Shown here: positions 50,480 to 63,569 of the stretch, one piece after another
Layout of the letters: every line of letters starts with the position of its first letter
Numbering within the stretch: the first letter of the stretch is position 1
Assembly (NCBI RefSeq): GCF_006345805.1
Contig: NC_043005.1
Coordinates: 90,458,001-90,522,000, forward strand
Reading direction: 5' to 3'
Length of the DNA: 64,000 nt
DNA from: Octopus sinensis
Taxonomy: Eukaryota
Made by a program: the position numbers and the translations under genes
Notes under the pieces: model-generated
Databases searched by the model: none
What the model saw: the letters and a program-made list of their open reading frames with translations, nothing else
Told to the model about the DNA's origin: nothing

Positions 50480-52760
50480 GAAATCAACAACGATCATTAC
50501 CACAATATCTTGTAGTTGGGCTTGTTGGATAGGACCCAACCCTACTCTCCAAAGACTCCTGTCTTTTGAAGGACCATAAGCCAGACTTTATGTTGGATCC
50601 ATCCGTTAGGTTGATCTGCCCAACGAAGTCAGACCTTAGCAGGATAAGTAAATGCATTATTGATCAAATTATTCCATTTGTGAGGAATAAAGTACAACTT
50701 CCATTATGGAATTCAAATGGTGATGTCATCCTTTGGTTCAACTCCCTCATGGTTTAGCAGAAATTAAGAGTTGTCCAATTTGAGATCTCTAACTATTATA
50801 ACTCAATTCCCCCAATTCTGTTGAATAAGGCTCTCATTTTTGCCTATAATTTTGTTGAAATCCCTGACTCAGATTTTGACATTGTATTTGCAGCAAGGGA
50901 GACCCTCATCTCTTTCAATGAACAATACTGGATGAGAAGTGACACTCCCAACCATTCTGATATTACGATGGGGTCTTCAGGTTCTGCACAGGTGACTGAC
51001 CTAGTGGGCCTATATCTCCTTTCCGAAATTAAGGCTAATTTTCCCCTTTTGGATGGTGGTCCTTATAGGGATGATGCACTGTTTACCACATGTGGCCTTT
51101 CTAAGATGGCTCTTGAGAGATTGAGGAAGTCTTTGGGGTGACTCTTGAAAAAAAAGTTTGGTCTTAGCACTGTATCCAACCCTAATTCTAGGATACTAAA
51201 TTTCTTGGACGTTACCTTTGATTTGAACACGGGTCTATTTTGCCCCTTTTATAAGCCTGATAAGTCCCTTCAGTATATCAATGCCTCATCAAACCATCCA
51301 AAATCAATGATAGATAGTATTGTCACTGCTATATTGATCAGGATGTCAAATCTATCAGCGAATGAGGAAATTTTTAATAAACATGCACCAGAATACAATA
51401 ATACCCCGGGCCTTAAGTGGGTTTAATGGGAAAATATTTTGTACCCCCAACACAAAGCTTAAAAATAAAATGACTGGTTTAAAACCGGACCCAGATGTGT
51501 GATTCCATGGAAAACCCTCCGAGTTAATAGCTAATAATCGATATAAGCTGTTCATTAAGAATGGGTTTAGGAGGCCTAATGGATTTATCACTAATAATGA
51601 TATTGACAATAAAGCTGAAGTGAGTAGCTGTAAAAAATCCAGTCAAACTAAAAAGTCTAGAGTACGGAAAGTCATTTGATATGCTCCCAACTTTTCCCTT
51701 AAAGTCAGAAATTTGCCTAGTTTGTTTTTCAAAATTTTAGAGAAAAATTTCCTTGGCTGTGTGGTAAGTAGCTTGCTTATGAACCACTTGGTTCTGGGTT
51801 CAGTCCCACTGCGTGGAACCTTGGACAAGTGTCTTCTACTATAGCCTAGGGCTGACCAAAGCCTTGTGAGTGAATTTGGTAGACAGAAACTGAAAGAAGC
51901 CTGTCGTATATATATATATATATATATGTTTGTGTGTCTGTGTTTGTCCCCACAACATCGCTTGACAACTGATGCTGGTTGTTTATGTCCCTGTAACTTA
52001 GTGGTTCGGCAAAAGAAACCGATAGGATAAGTACTAGGCTTACAAAGAATAAGTCTTGGGGTCGATTTGCTTGACTAAAGGCAGTGCTCCAGCATGGCTG
52101 CAGTCAAATGACTGAAACAAGTAAAAGAGATTTTCAGTCGAGTTTTCATACTTGGTAACACCAAACTTGGGGTTCATTATTGCTTCTTTGAATAGAAGTA
52201 AAATAAATGGAAGGCATAATTTGGCACCTGTTGCAGGTGTATGTGCCAATAATAGGGTTAATAATCCAGGGGACAATGATGAATTATTGCACTCTTCACT
52301 GCCTTCAGGTGTTGATGATTAAGCGCTTAGGAATGTTTCTGTAGGAGAAAATGTGGATCCTGTTAGGACCCCAAAATTTAGTTGGAATTTCAGAACCCCA
52401 AATTCATGTCCCCTTTAGGGGTTTTGCTTAAGAAAAAATATATTTTTAGAGGGGAGAATAATTTGTTAAGGGAATATATTGGGAGCACTATTGATTTTTA
52501 GAAAGGAAATCTAGGGTCCACATGAGCTCATTTTTGAATGCCAAATACTCCAGTTCTACCATGTTGGCATCCTATATTCAAGATTTGAAGAGGAGGAATA
52601 ATGAGTTATACTTTTGAATGGTCAGTCTTGTCCAAGCCCCCCCCCCACCACCACCACTTTGATGTTAATTTAAACAGATGTAGATTATGCCTAAGGGAAT
52701 CGTACTTGATTCTTAAATGTTTTGAACCAAAACTCCTTCAAATATTTTCAGACTGGTCCT
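50480..52760 (+). mobile_element. Decayed Penelope-like element (RT + GIY-YIG remnant), interrupted by a SINE at ~51755-52128
   Basis: KDHKPDF...VRLICPTKSDLSRISK, ITMGSSGSAQVTDLVGLYLL, PYRDDAL, NFLDVTFDL, YINASSNHP (PLE RT/thumb); C-terminal CRLCLRE. Confidence 0.75.
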
Positions 52761-53599
52761 TTTTTGTAACCATAGGTTCTTCTCAACCTTCTTCAGTAGA
52801 TACAAGGTAAAATTAAAATGAGATGCTTCAGGGGACCGCCTGAGCTGTGATCTTGAATTGAAACTGAGTAGAACCTGCAGCAAATTCTTTATCTTTGGAA
52901 TGGACAATGGACTAATCCTCGCTTGAATCCACTGAATTCTTATTTTAACTTGTCTGCTTTATGCAAATGAACAATGTGATAACCAGAAATGAGAAGCTTT
53001 TACCAGTGATAAGTAAGTCTGTTATTATTGTTGGACTTTGTTGAATTTGTTTTGTCGAAGAACTTTGTTGCTGCTGTTTGTTTGTTTGTTTGTTTGTTTG
53101 TTTGTTTGTTGAGTGAAGCGGTCTTCATCCCAGAGTGGGAGAAGTCCGAAATGTGGTCTTTTGCTATTCATAAGACCCGCAGAAGAGAAAGCAGGTCAAC
53201 CGCCGACACCGAGAGCATCGACGGATGGATGAATGCGCATCCAGGCTCAGCGGTTGTGTAGGAAGTCGGGGACAAGAAACAGGAAGAAAGAGTGAGAGAA
53301 AGTTGGAGCGGAAGAGTACAACAGGGGTTGCCACTCCCACCCACCCCTGCCAGAGCCTCGTGGAGCTTTAGGTCTTTTCACTCAATAAACACACACAACG
53401 CCCAGTCTGGGAATCGAACCGTGATCCTCTGACCGCGAGTCCGCTGCCCTAACCACTGGGCCATTGTGCCTCCACATTGTTGCTGCTTGCAGTATTTGTT
53501 GTTGATTCCCCCTTGCTTGAAAGGGGAACTATTATTATTTCTGTGGGGTTCCTTTATAACACCCCACCACCAAAAAAAAAATGAATAATTGCTCCATTA

Positions 53600-55880
53600 T
53601 GGAGAAGGAAATTGTGTTTTCTGCTTAAGAGAAAAAGTTGTTAAGATCTGACAAGGAGTTTAGAAAAGATGTACCTCCTACCAAGGAGATGGAAGACAAA
53701 AAAGATAAACCACCGAACATGCCAACTGTTTGAAAATGGACAATGAAACTTTGCTGCGGCTGCTGGAGTGGCCAGGAGAGATTTAAAAATTGATAACATC
53801 AAGATGGAAAAATACAAACTAATGAAAAAAAGAGAGGGGCATCAATTGATAATATCGCCTCCCAGTGAAATTTTTAAAAAAGCAGAGCTATGTACAATAA
53901 TATACAAAACAGTTATAAAAAATAAAAAATTAGACATGGCGACCAAAGAGGCTGTTGAAAAATGCCTGTGACCAGTGTGGCAGGACGTGGCATTCCTTGC
54001 AAGAGGGAAAAAGTTCACCACTACAGAAGTGCAGCTTAACATGGAGGAAAAAGCCAGGCAGCACTCCACCGAGATGTTGAAAGCGTTAGAGGTGGTACTC
54101 CTGCCCACTTATCTGAGAAGATGTACTTCCAAGATAAGGGTGGGAGAGATTCCACTTGAGGTGGATCCTGCCTGGCTTGTGACAGCAATAACGGTGGGCA
54201 TGGAGGAGAAAATCACTATCCTCCAAGCTACAGTACTTGAACAACAAAATTGGCAGGGGCAGGAAATGGTAATTCAAGTGGCCCCTGCTGACCTAGAAGA
54301 TATTGTCAACACCATCCAGGTGGGGGACAATAATCTGCATGTAAATGTCGAGGGGAGGAAGCCATGCTGTTATAAATGTGGACAAAAAGGACATTTTAGG
54401 TCCGAGTGTGATCCTCCCCCTGAAAAACAATGACACCCCCCACCTCCCGTAAAGGCACCAGAATCTCAAAAAGCAACTGCACCCAGACCAAGGACAACAA
54501 CATCAGAGGCACTAAAACCAAGAACCTCCCAGGAGGAAGAGGAAACCATGGAAGACTACTTGAATTGGACTGTAGTAACAAGAAAAAGGAAGAATCCCCT
54601 TCCCACTCCCACAAGGCCCAGCACACCAAAAACGAAATTAACAACACAAAAACAAAATCCCTGCCCCAAGTCCCACCCTGATACAAACCTAATGGTAATC
54701 AATGCCGCAAATACCATTCTATTAAAAAGAATAAGACATCCCCACAGCCATCCAATATCCAAAGGACACACCAGAAAAAATTAAAATCTATCAGATTGAC
54801 AATTTAAATTACCTGAATCTAAAAACTGAATTCCAAATGATGTGGGCCTTCTGAGGAAGGATTTTTCCTCCAAAATTTATGAGGGCCACGTCATAGAAAC
54901 CTCACAAGTTCCGAGATAAATGGAACAACGTAAGGTATCCAAAATTTTTTATTCATGTTTACTCTCAACGTCAAATTGGAAACAAGTGCGTTTCCTCAAT
55001 GATCTCAGGTCACATAAATTGGATGTGGTAGAAGTTACAGAAACCTGGCTGAGTGGACCAAGAAGCTTTTCTCCCCTCCTAAATAGCTACAAGAAATTTA
55101 TTTCTCCAGGCCAGCCTGGGGAGAGGGGGGAAGGAGGTCGCAGTTTGGCTCAGGAAAAACCTGGGTTTTGAGACGAGTAATCTTTATTGATCCGGAAGGC
55201 AGGCTGGTCATTCTTGATGTGATGTGCAGCAGTGGTAAGACTTTCAGACTGGTGGCTGTTTATGCACCCACCCCACCCCGAGGGCTGGACAATCAGACTA
55301 TTTTCGAGGCCTAGAGAATTTTCTAGGTACACCACACTCCTTATTGTTGTTAGGGGACTTTAACACGATCTGTGATGCATACATAGATTGTGTTGGCTCA
55401 AACACGGATAGGGATGAAATCTGTGCCCCCTCGATCTGCTTAAGCATTTTCAGCTGGCAGGTCACTATAGACTAGAACACCCGGATGCTCCAGTGTAGAC
55501 ATGGATTAATAGTGATGGGTCTTCTATATCTTATATAGACAGGCTATTTGTTAGGCATATAAAGATTTAGTTAGGTGTCCACAATTCCACTACGCCATTT
55601 ACAGCAATCACAAGCTTGTGACCTGTAAGTTTGACCCAGGTAGGTTACGTAAGCAAGGTCCTGGCTACTGGGAACTCAACAAGTCTCTTTTGGGTGATGG
55701 CGAATACAGGAGTTGGATTAGGTTGTTAGTAATAAGGGCATTGACTGGTTCCATAAGCAATAACAAATGGTGATATGACCTCATAAGAGCCATAAAGTTT
55801 GAATCCATTAGATATAGTAAAGAGTTAGCCATGAGGAAAAATAGAATAGGAAGGGATTTAGAAGAGGCACTTAGGTCTTG
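53600..55880 (+). mobile_element. Decayed L1/Tx1-like LINE (ORF1 with zinc knuckle + APE part of ORF2)
   Basis: EGRKPCCYKCGQKGHFRSEC (CCHC knuckle); LDVVEVTETWL, FRLVAVYAP, GDFN, YIDRLF, NHKLV, GPGYWELNKSLL; many stops. Confidence 0.75.
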
Positions 55881-55899
55881 CTCTACATTCTAAGTTTTA

Positions 55900-56925
55900 G
55901 TGGTGAGGATACTAATCGAGAAGAGGAAAGATCCAGAATTATGTGGACCAAACAACAGGAGTGGTTCCTAAACTACGAAAAGAACTATGGGGAAAATTCC
56001 ATTATGAAAACAAAACCATCAAAACAAACGAAAAGATACAACAAACCAAGATCACAAACATATTGGACTCGCAGACATCTAAATAAACCCTACCAAACAT
56101 AAACCAAAAACCCACTCCATACACTGCCGAACCCCCCAATAAACAGACACACAAAATATGAAATATGACCATCAACCCAAAACAAAGACAAACACACAGA
56201 CAGCAAGACAAATACATACAACCAACAACCTATAACACTTGGAGAGAACGAACAGAATATGAACAACCACCAACACATAATGCTGGACATCTTAAATGGA
56301 TACACACACAGAACAATAGACAAGTAGATGGGAATCAACACATAACCTACTATAAACATTGAGGAAGTCCAAACCATATAAACATCAACCTCATGCGACC
56401 CCACAAATTTGCAAGATGGATAGAAAACAACCCCCACTATCAAAACAATACAAACACACATGAACCATTTCACTACCCACAAGGAAACCTGAACCCCAGG
56501 AATGGAAATTGGCCCAACAAACACAGAAGATGGGAAGAAAACAACTACCACAGACAAAACAACACATACAGACCACCCCTACCTCTACAAGAAAACCTAA
56601 GACCTGAAAATGGAATTTGGAGATGCAACAACACAACCCTTTTTTTAGGGAAAGGATACTTCAACCATACTCCAGACCCAACACACCAAATATTCTGAAT
56701 GAACACACAAAACACATAGACCCCAAAATAATAAACCTATCTAAAAGAGAACTTAATGAAAATGAAATGAACCTACTACTAAAAGGCCTCAAATTTACAC
56801 CCACATCCACTCCAAATCTCATAGAACTAAAAACTGATATAGACAACTTTAGCCGCCTCCGCCTTATGGAATTCTTTGAAAATAAGGAAACAGAAGATAA
56901 CTCAATCATAAGAAAAAAATCGTTA
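55900..56925 (+). mobile_element. N-terminal fragment of a Penelope-like element ORF
   Basis: IINLSKRELNENEMNLLLKGLKFTPT...DIDNFSRLRLMEFF is the conserved pre-RT region of PLEs; A/C-rich strand bias. Confidence 0.6.
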
Positions 56926-57805
56926 GTTTTGTTTTGTTTGTCACTCTTTTTATCTGTAATCACTTTTGGTCTCTATTTTATCTGTTATCTACTCTGCATA
57001 TATAAACATACTTTGGTTTGTTGTGAAGAATACTTTAGCTTCAAGATATGACTTAATGCACGCATACGACCAGGAAGATGACTACAGCATGTTTGTGTTA
57101 CCAAATGTTTGGATTTTGTTGTCCAACGATATTATTAGCAAAAGCAGACAACATTAACTTTATCCATCAATCTAAACTTTCTGTTTGTTTTTAGGAAAAG
57201 CAATAACAACAAAAGTAACAGGAGCAAAAAAAATCTAATAAAAAATTATTATTTTTCAGTTATTTTCTGTTGGAGTTTTGCCTGTAAATAGCACAACTGT
57301 CACTTCAACAAACCTGTGTTGCCTTTTCTGGTATGTGTGTAAGAATTTCTGCCTATGTACATAAGCCTGGAAATATAGAAAGCACCATTTGAATGTGGTT
57401 GTTTCCAGTACCACCTGACTGGCCCTTGTGCTGGTGGCACGTAAAAAGCACCATTTGAGTGTGGACATTGCCAGTACCGCCTGACTGGCCCTTGTGCTGG
57501 TGGCACGTAAAAAGCACCCACTACACTCTCAGAGTGGTTGGCATTAGGAAGGGCATCCAGCTGTAGAAACCTTGCCAAATCAAATTGGAGCCTGGTGCAG
57601 CCTCCTGGCTTGCCAGCCGTCAGTCAAACCGTCCAATCCATGCCAGCATAAAAAGTGGATGTTAAATGATCATGATGATAATGATTTAGGTAATAAATTG
57701 TATGGTATACACCTTTACTGGTAAATCACGTTCACTTTCTTAGTGATCATTGGGTATTTGATTAATGAGAGAGATGGAACATGGAAGATATGAGAATGTT
57801 TACTG

Positions 57806-57911
57806 ATCACTACAATTGTTTCGAACCATCTAGCATCGACCCCTCATGGGTGGGATACTGAACAACCAGTTTAAGAGTATCTATTGGTGTATATGTGTCT
57901 CTTCAGGTGAT
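57806..57911 (-). ncRNA. Candidate type I hammerhead ribozyme (Penelope-associated type)
   Basis: Minus strand: ATCAC-CTGAAGA-GAC...GTTC-GAAAC-AATT-GTA-GTGAT, i.e. stem I, intact CUGANGA, long stem II insert, GAAA, palindromic stem III, GUA cleavage triplet. Confidence 0.55.
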
Positions 57912-58306
57912 TACAAGATGTATCTCATTAAAATAATGTCTATTCTGCAAGTTTTCTTCTTGTTGTGTGTAAACAAAAGCAACAAATTAAGGGATACAGC
58001 TTCATTATTATAGAAGATCAATAAAAATCAGATGCAAAAAGAAACAAATACACAATACAGCAAAGAAAGTATTAAATCACCTGAAGTGACACATCCACAC
58101 TGATGGATACTTCTGGACCGGTTGTTAAGTATCCCACCCATGAGGGATCGTTGCTAAATTGGTTGAAATAATTGTAGTGTTCAATAAACATTCTCGTATC
58201 TTCCATCTTCTGTTTCTCTCATTAATCAAATATATATATACATCATCATCATTTATCATCTGTTTTTCCATGCTGGCATGGGTTGGACAGTTAACACACA
58301 CATACA

Positions 58307-58800
58307 TGTTACATTGTGTTCTATACACAACATTTACCCGTTGACATAAATCTGTGTCACGGATGGGGCAGTTAACTAGTGTGCATTGATTGCTCGTTTC
58401 TTTGCTAGGTGTCTTCTCCACTTTGGACCCTCTCTGAGAGGACACCTAGCAAAGAAACGAGCAATCAATGCACACTAGTTAACTGCCCCATCCGTGACAC
58501 AGATTTATGTCAACGGGTAAATGTTGTGTATAGAATACAATGTAACAAATGCAACAAGTTCTATGTGGGTAGCACAACAAGACCATTACACATTCGCATC
58601 AAAGAACATCTGCACACGAGAGCCTCCTCCTTCAGAAAACATCTGGACTGATGCCGGAACGCCATCAAAAGCATAACGGTCACAATTGAGGCCAATGAAA
58701 GAAATTTGGCTATTCTAAGAATTAAGGAAGCTATCCTCATAGACAGACTAGGACCCCAAATTGACAACAGGCTGGTAGTTGGCAATCAATATATTATTTA
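58307..58800 (+). mobile_element. Penelope-like GIY-YIG endonuclease fragment with an inverted 5' duplication
   Basis: NVVYRIQCNKCNKFYVGSTTRPLHIRIKEH...LRIKEAILI; 58307-58418 is the near-perfect reverse complement of 58436-58547. Confidence 0.8.
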
Positions 58801-59194
58801 GCTACATCTGGATGCATGTAGGTTCATTTCTGATAACATGCTCATGTATTATTTATAAAAAAAACCAGGAAACTGCACGTATAATACATAACTTAGAAGC
58901 AGCGCTGCAGATGTGCCAACAAACACGAGCTTGAGACATGGCCGCCCTCATGCACTTCTCATGAGGAATTCTGGAAGGAGCTTCATGAGACCACTGCAGG
59001 GACGCTTCAGGTAAAAAAAATTTCAGTAACCACAGGAAAACTGATTATAGCAGTGACCTGATCAATTCCTAGCGATATCTGAAGAAAGAATTTTTATATT
59101 CCAAAATATTATTGTCTTTTTTTTTTGGAATTACAGAGATATACTTGCATAGCGAGTGACTTGATCTGAGATTGTGTGCTGGAACGAAAACAAT

Positions 59195-59462
59195 TGCAGC
59201 GTGGAAGGTGTTTATAAGCCATTTAAGAAACACACAAAAACCGTTAGATTCACTTCAACATTTAAATTTAATTTGTCAAAATATTTTCGTCACTTTGAGA
59301 CCGCAACCTATTCACAGACAAAGCTTCGTGCTGCATCTCATGTTAGTGAACAGGTTGCGGTCTCAAAGCGACGAAAATATTTTGACAAATTAAATTTAAA
59401 TGTTGAAGTGAATCTAACAGTTTTTGTGTGTTTCTTAAATAAACACCTTCCACGCTGCAGTT
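59195..59462. repeat. Fold-back element (~120-bp arms) with hammerhead-like inner motifs
   Basis: TGCAGCGTGGAAGGTGTTTAT...GAGACCGCAACCTATTCAC / GTGAACAGGTTGCGGTCTC...ATAAACACCTTCCACGCTGCA. Confidence 0.85.
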
Positions 59463-60865
59463 GTATTATTATATCAGACTATGGATAATTAAATTATAAC
59501 AGTTATTATAGTCCACTCTGCATTGTTGTGCCATTCAAGACATGTTATATTTTATAAACAATACACAATGCTTCAAGCAAACTACAATACTCTCATATAA
59601 GATTTTGTTGTCAAAGTTTAATCTGCAATAAATTGGTTCTGCTTCGACAATACACCAAATATTTTAATAATTTTTTTATATAATTTCTAATAATATTTAA
59701 TTATGAAATTACGGTAGAATTTTTTAAACATCAATTGACTATGAGGGTCCTCCTCATTAAAATAGGAATCAAAGGGCTCCAGAGGGGCAAAAATAGTTGA
59801 GGGCCACTGATCTATATACTTTCCCTCCTTCCTTCCCCCCACTCACTGCAAAATAGAGTGAAGAATAACTTGTCACTCAACAAGAGTGTTTACTCCATCT
59901 AATTCAGAGATAGAGTGTGAGTGTGAGTGAGACAGAGAGAGAGACAGCCCAGTTTCCAACCCCTTTGCACAAAGACAATACAATGAACCACAGGCATCAT
60001 CACGTTGTTCATTTACATATCAATACAGTACTTTTCTATTTTATTTTTGTATCACCTGTTAATCAGCGAAAGTACTGAAGTAGTTTACCTGAAAATAGGT
60101 TTCTAAATAAATTTACATAATACATGCTTAATTTAACATACATTATTATATCACATTCTGTTTCAGTACTACTTCACATTCATGACACTAATAATGCCTC
60201 CTCCTTCTCCTCTTCCCCTTTCTCCTCTCCCTGTGACTCATGCCATACAAACATGTTCATCATCATCATCATCATCATTGTTTAGTGTGCATTATTCGTC
60301 TCTGTTAGGGCAATGACCTGGCAGAACTGTTACGACACCACGAAAAGTGCATGGTGGCATTTGTTCTGATTTTGTGTTCTGAGTTCAAATACCACAAGGG
60401 TTGGTTTTTTTCCCTTTCACTTTTCCTGGGTCAATAAAATAATTACCACTTGAGTGCTGGGGGTTGATGTAATCAACTTAACCTCCAAAAGCACCACCAG
60501 AATTGCTGGCCTTGTGCCAAAATTTGAAACTATTATTTGTCATCATCATCATTATCGTCATCATCATTTAACGTCCCTTTTTCCATGCTGGTTCACAGAT
60601 TTAGAAAAACATTACATCATTGTCATCATCATCATCATCATTTAATGTCCACTTTTCCATGCTTGCATGGTTCAGACAGGATTCGTTGAGGCACATTTTT
60701 GTATGACCAGATGCTCTTTCTGTCACCAACCGTCACCTCTTTCCGACCAAGGTCATATTCCTCCATGGCAGTCACATGTTTCTATGCAGAAGATTGAAAA
60801 GGAACAACAGCGCTTGTATGACAGTGATGCTCGTTTACAATCATTACAGGATTTTGAAACAAGGG

Positions 60866-61110
60866 CACACACACACACACACACGCACACACACACACAA
60901 CACAAACACACACACACAACACACACACAACACACACACCCACACACAACACAGACACACACACACACACAAACACACACACAACACAAACCACACACAC
61001 ACAACACAAACACACACAACACAAACACACACCATACAAACACACACACAACACAAACACACACACAACACACACACAACACAAACACACACACATACGC
61101 ACACACGGAC
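60866..61110. repeat. Degenerate (CA)n microsatellite
   Basis: Direct inspection. Confidence 0.9.
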
Positions 61111-61555
61111 ATGTGCATACATGCACAAACATACACATACAGGCATACATATAACAAGCTTCTTTCAGTTTCCATCTACCAAAATGCACTCACAAGTATT
61201 TGGTTGACCTGGGGCCATGGTAGAAGGTAGTTGCCTAACATGTCACTTAGTGGGCTTGAACTCGAGATGGCATGGCTGGAAAGCAAGCATCTTAACCATC
61301 ACACAAGCACACCGGCACCATTTCTGGACAGAAAAGAGGAACACAAGACCTGGTGGAATAAAGATTCGAGATAAAGAGAAACAATCCTGGAAGAACCAAT
61401 AATTGAAAGAATCCATGCATTAGGTCTAGAATTGAGTCGATCTTATAGCCCGGGAGGTTTTAATCCTTCATCATTCAGATAACCCTGCTGAATGGGTTAT
61501 GTATTCATTCACGTTGCTTTGGATTAATCTTGCATTCTTTCTATAACTTCAAGAT

Positions 61556-61557
<2 letters not shown>

Positions 61558-61594
<37 letters not shown>

Positions 61595-61832
61595 GTAATA
61601 GTAATAATAATGAAATTATTGTATACAGTGCTCAGGTGCACCACAACTTGTCAAAAGTGTGTATAAAGCATATGCAATAATGTACAAATGTCTGGGAAGT
61701 GAACAGTGTATGAGTCAGATACATGCTTGCGTGTGTATGGAGGGGAGAAAATCAGGTGAAGTGTTGGCGAATCTCAGGAAGCATGGAAGTTTTGAAGGAT
61801 GCAGTGCTCCGACAACTAATAACTGATGCCGG
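61558..61832 (-). mobile_element. 3' end of a CR1-like LINE (5'-truncated) with (ATT)n tail
   Basis: Nearly identical to 34278-34545. Confidence 0.8.
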
Positions 61833-61979
61833 CACACACACACACACAAGGGCACATCATCATTTTGATGATGTGGTTTATTTTACAGTGACATTGTTGG
61901 GCAGGTGTAAGAAGTCATGCCTTATTGGTTTGAATATAAAACAGGAAGAATATTTGGGCCAAATATGGCACTGTCTTAA

Positions 61980-62199
61980 CCCTTTAGCATTCAGACGACT
62001 CTGTCAAATGAAATGCTTATTTATTCACATCATTTTGAATTAATCAGGCCTTAATCTCATAGCTTCAAAATTTTGATGATGTGATTGTTTATTTTTATGA
62101 TGACATTGTAGAGTGGGTGTGAAAGGTCAGCTCTGGCTGGTTTGAACATAAACAAGTAGAATATTTGGGCCTGACGTGATTGGTTTAAATGCAAAAGGG
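61980..62199. mobile_element. piggyBac-like MITE (another partial copy at ~62245-62461)
   Basis: TTAA|CCCTTTAGCATT ... AATGCAAAAGGG|CTAA. Confidence 0.6.
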
Positions 62200-62615
62200 C
62201 TAATTAACAAAGCAAGGCCATTAAGGGTCAGATCCTAAGGAAAATTAGCATTTAAACTGGCCATATCCAGCCCAAAATGGTCTACCTGTTTTATGGTCAA
62301 ACTGGCCAGGTCTGGCCTCTCACACATACCTGACAATGTCATTTAAATCATAAACAATTACATCATCAAAATCCCAAAGCTACAAGATGACGCGTGATTA
62401 ATACAAAATAATGTGAATAGATAAGCTTCACATTTGACAGGTGAAGTTGAATGCTGAAAGGTTAAAGAACCTAATACCTTTAATTAATCATTCTACAAGA
62501 CAATGACATATAAGAACTGGTTAAGTATCAAGTATTAAGTGTTACGGTTCATTTATGGGCATCTGTTCAATCCAGTCTACTTGGCTGTAAATAAGTACCA
62601 ACTGGGTATTGGCAC

Positions 62616-62650
<35 letters not shown>

Positions 62651-63019
62651 GAAAATGGAATTTTTTTGAGATCATTTAATAATAATAGTTTTGATAAATA
62701 AAACCAAAAATTTTCCATTTACTTGTTTGGTTATTCAACAACTCAGCAAATAATATTTCCATAATTCTCAATTTTAAAGTGTGTTTCTACATATAACATT
62801 ATGGATACATTGATTGTGATAATAGAATAATCAGATGTACTTTGAGAGGAAACAGCTGGAATTTACCCTAATTACCTAGATCATATTTATATATATATAA
62901 TATATACATATATATATACCAGAGTAAGCACATAAATATGAAACAAGGTGGAGAAAATAGTACTCGAATACCAGAGGTAGAGTAATATGCTTTATTAATA
63001 AAGCTGCAAAAATATCATA

Positions 63020-63065
63020 AAAACTGTTACTCAGAGTTTCACATTCCTGTTCATCGGACAGTTTT
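63020..63065 (-). ncRNA. Candidate minimal type I hammerhead ribozyme (U4C core variant)
   Basis: Minus strand: AAAACTGT-CCGATGA-AC AGGAAT GT-GAA-ACTC T GAGT-A-ACAGTTTT, i.e. 8-bp stem I, short stem II, stem III, GUA triplet. Confidence 0.6.
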
Positions 63066-63530
63066 GTTTAGAATGGAACAAAAATAAGGTTCTAAGCAAA
63101 TATGTACAATTAGTTTGATAGATACACGTTTGAAAACTGTCCAATGAATGGAAATGTGAAACTCTGAGCAACAGTTTTTGCGGTATGTTTGCTGCTTTTT
63201 AATAAAGTATATATATATGTGTGTGTGTGTGTAGATAGACAGATACATACATAAATTATGAGAATGGTTCTCTTAATGAACAAACTGAATAATGAATGGT
63301 TTTCCTGAAGATAATTAAACTCACAAAACCAGCTAAGAATTGATCAGTGAACCATGAACAGGCATGGCTTTGTGGTGAGAAGCTTGCTTCCTAACCAGAT
63401 GGTTCCAGGTTCAGTCTCACTGTGTGGCATTTTAGATAAGTGTCTTCTGCTATAGCCTCAAGATGACCAAAGCCTTGAGGGTGGATTTGTAGATGAAAAC
63501 TGAAAGAAGCCAATCATGCATATACTGTAA

Positions 63531-63569
<39 letters not shown>

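Noticed and set aside
52770-52880. GAAAC-TGA-GTA-GAACC half-hammerhead after the PLE ORF
   Set aside because: No CUGANGA-like core follows the matching GGTTC strand.
60667-61230. Several 100-187 aa ORFs rich in H/T or C/V
   Set aside because: Translations of the (CA)n microsatellite.
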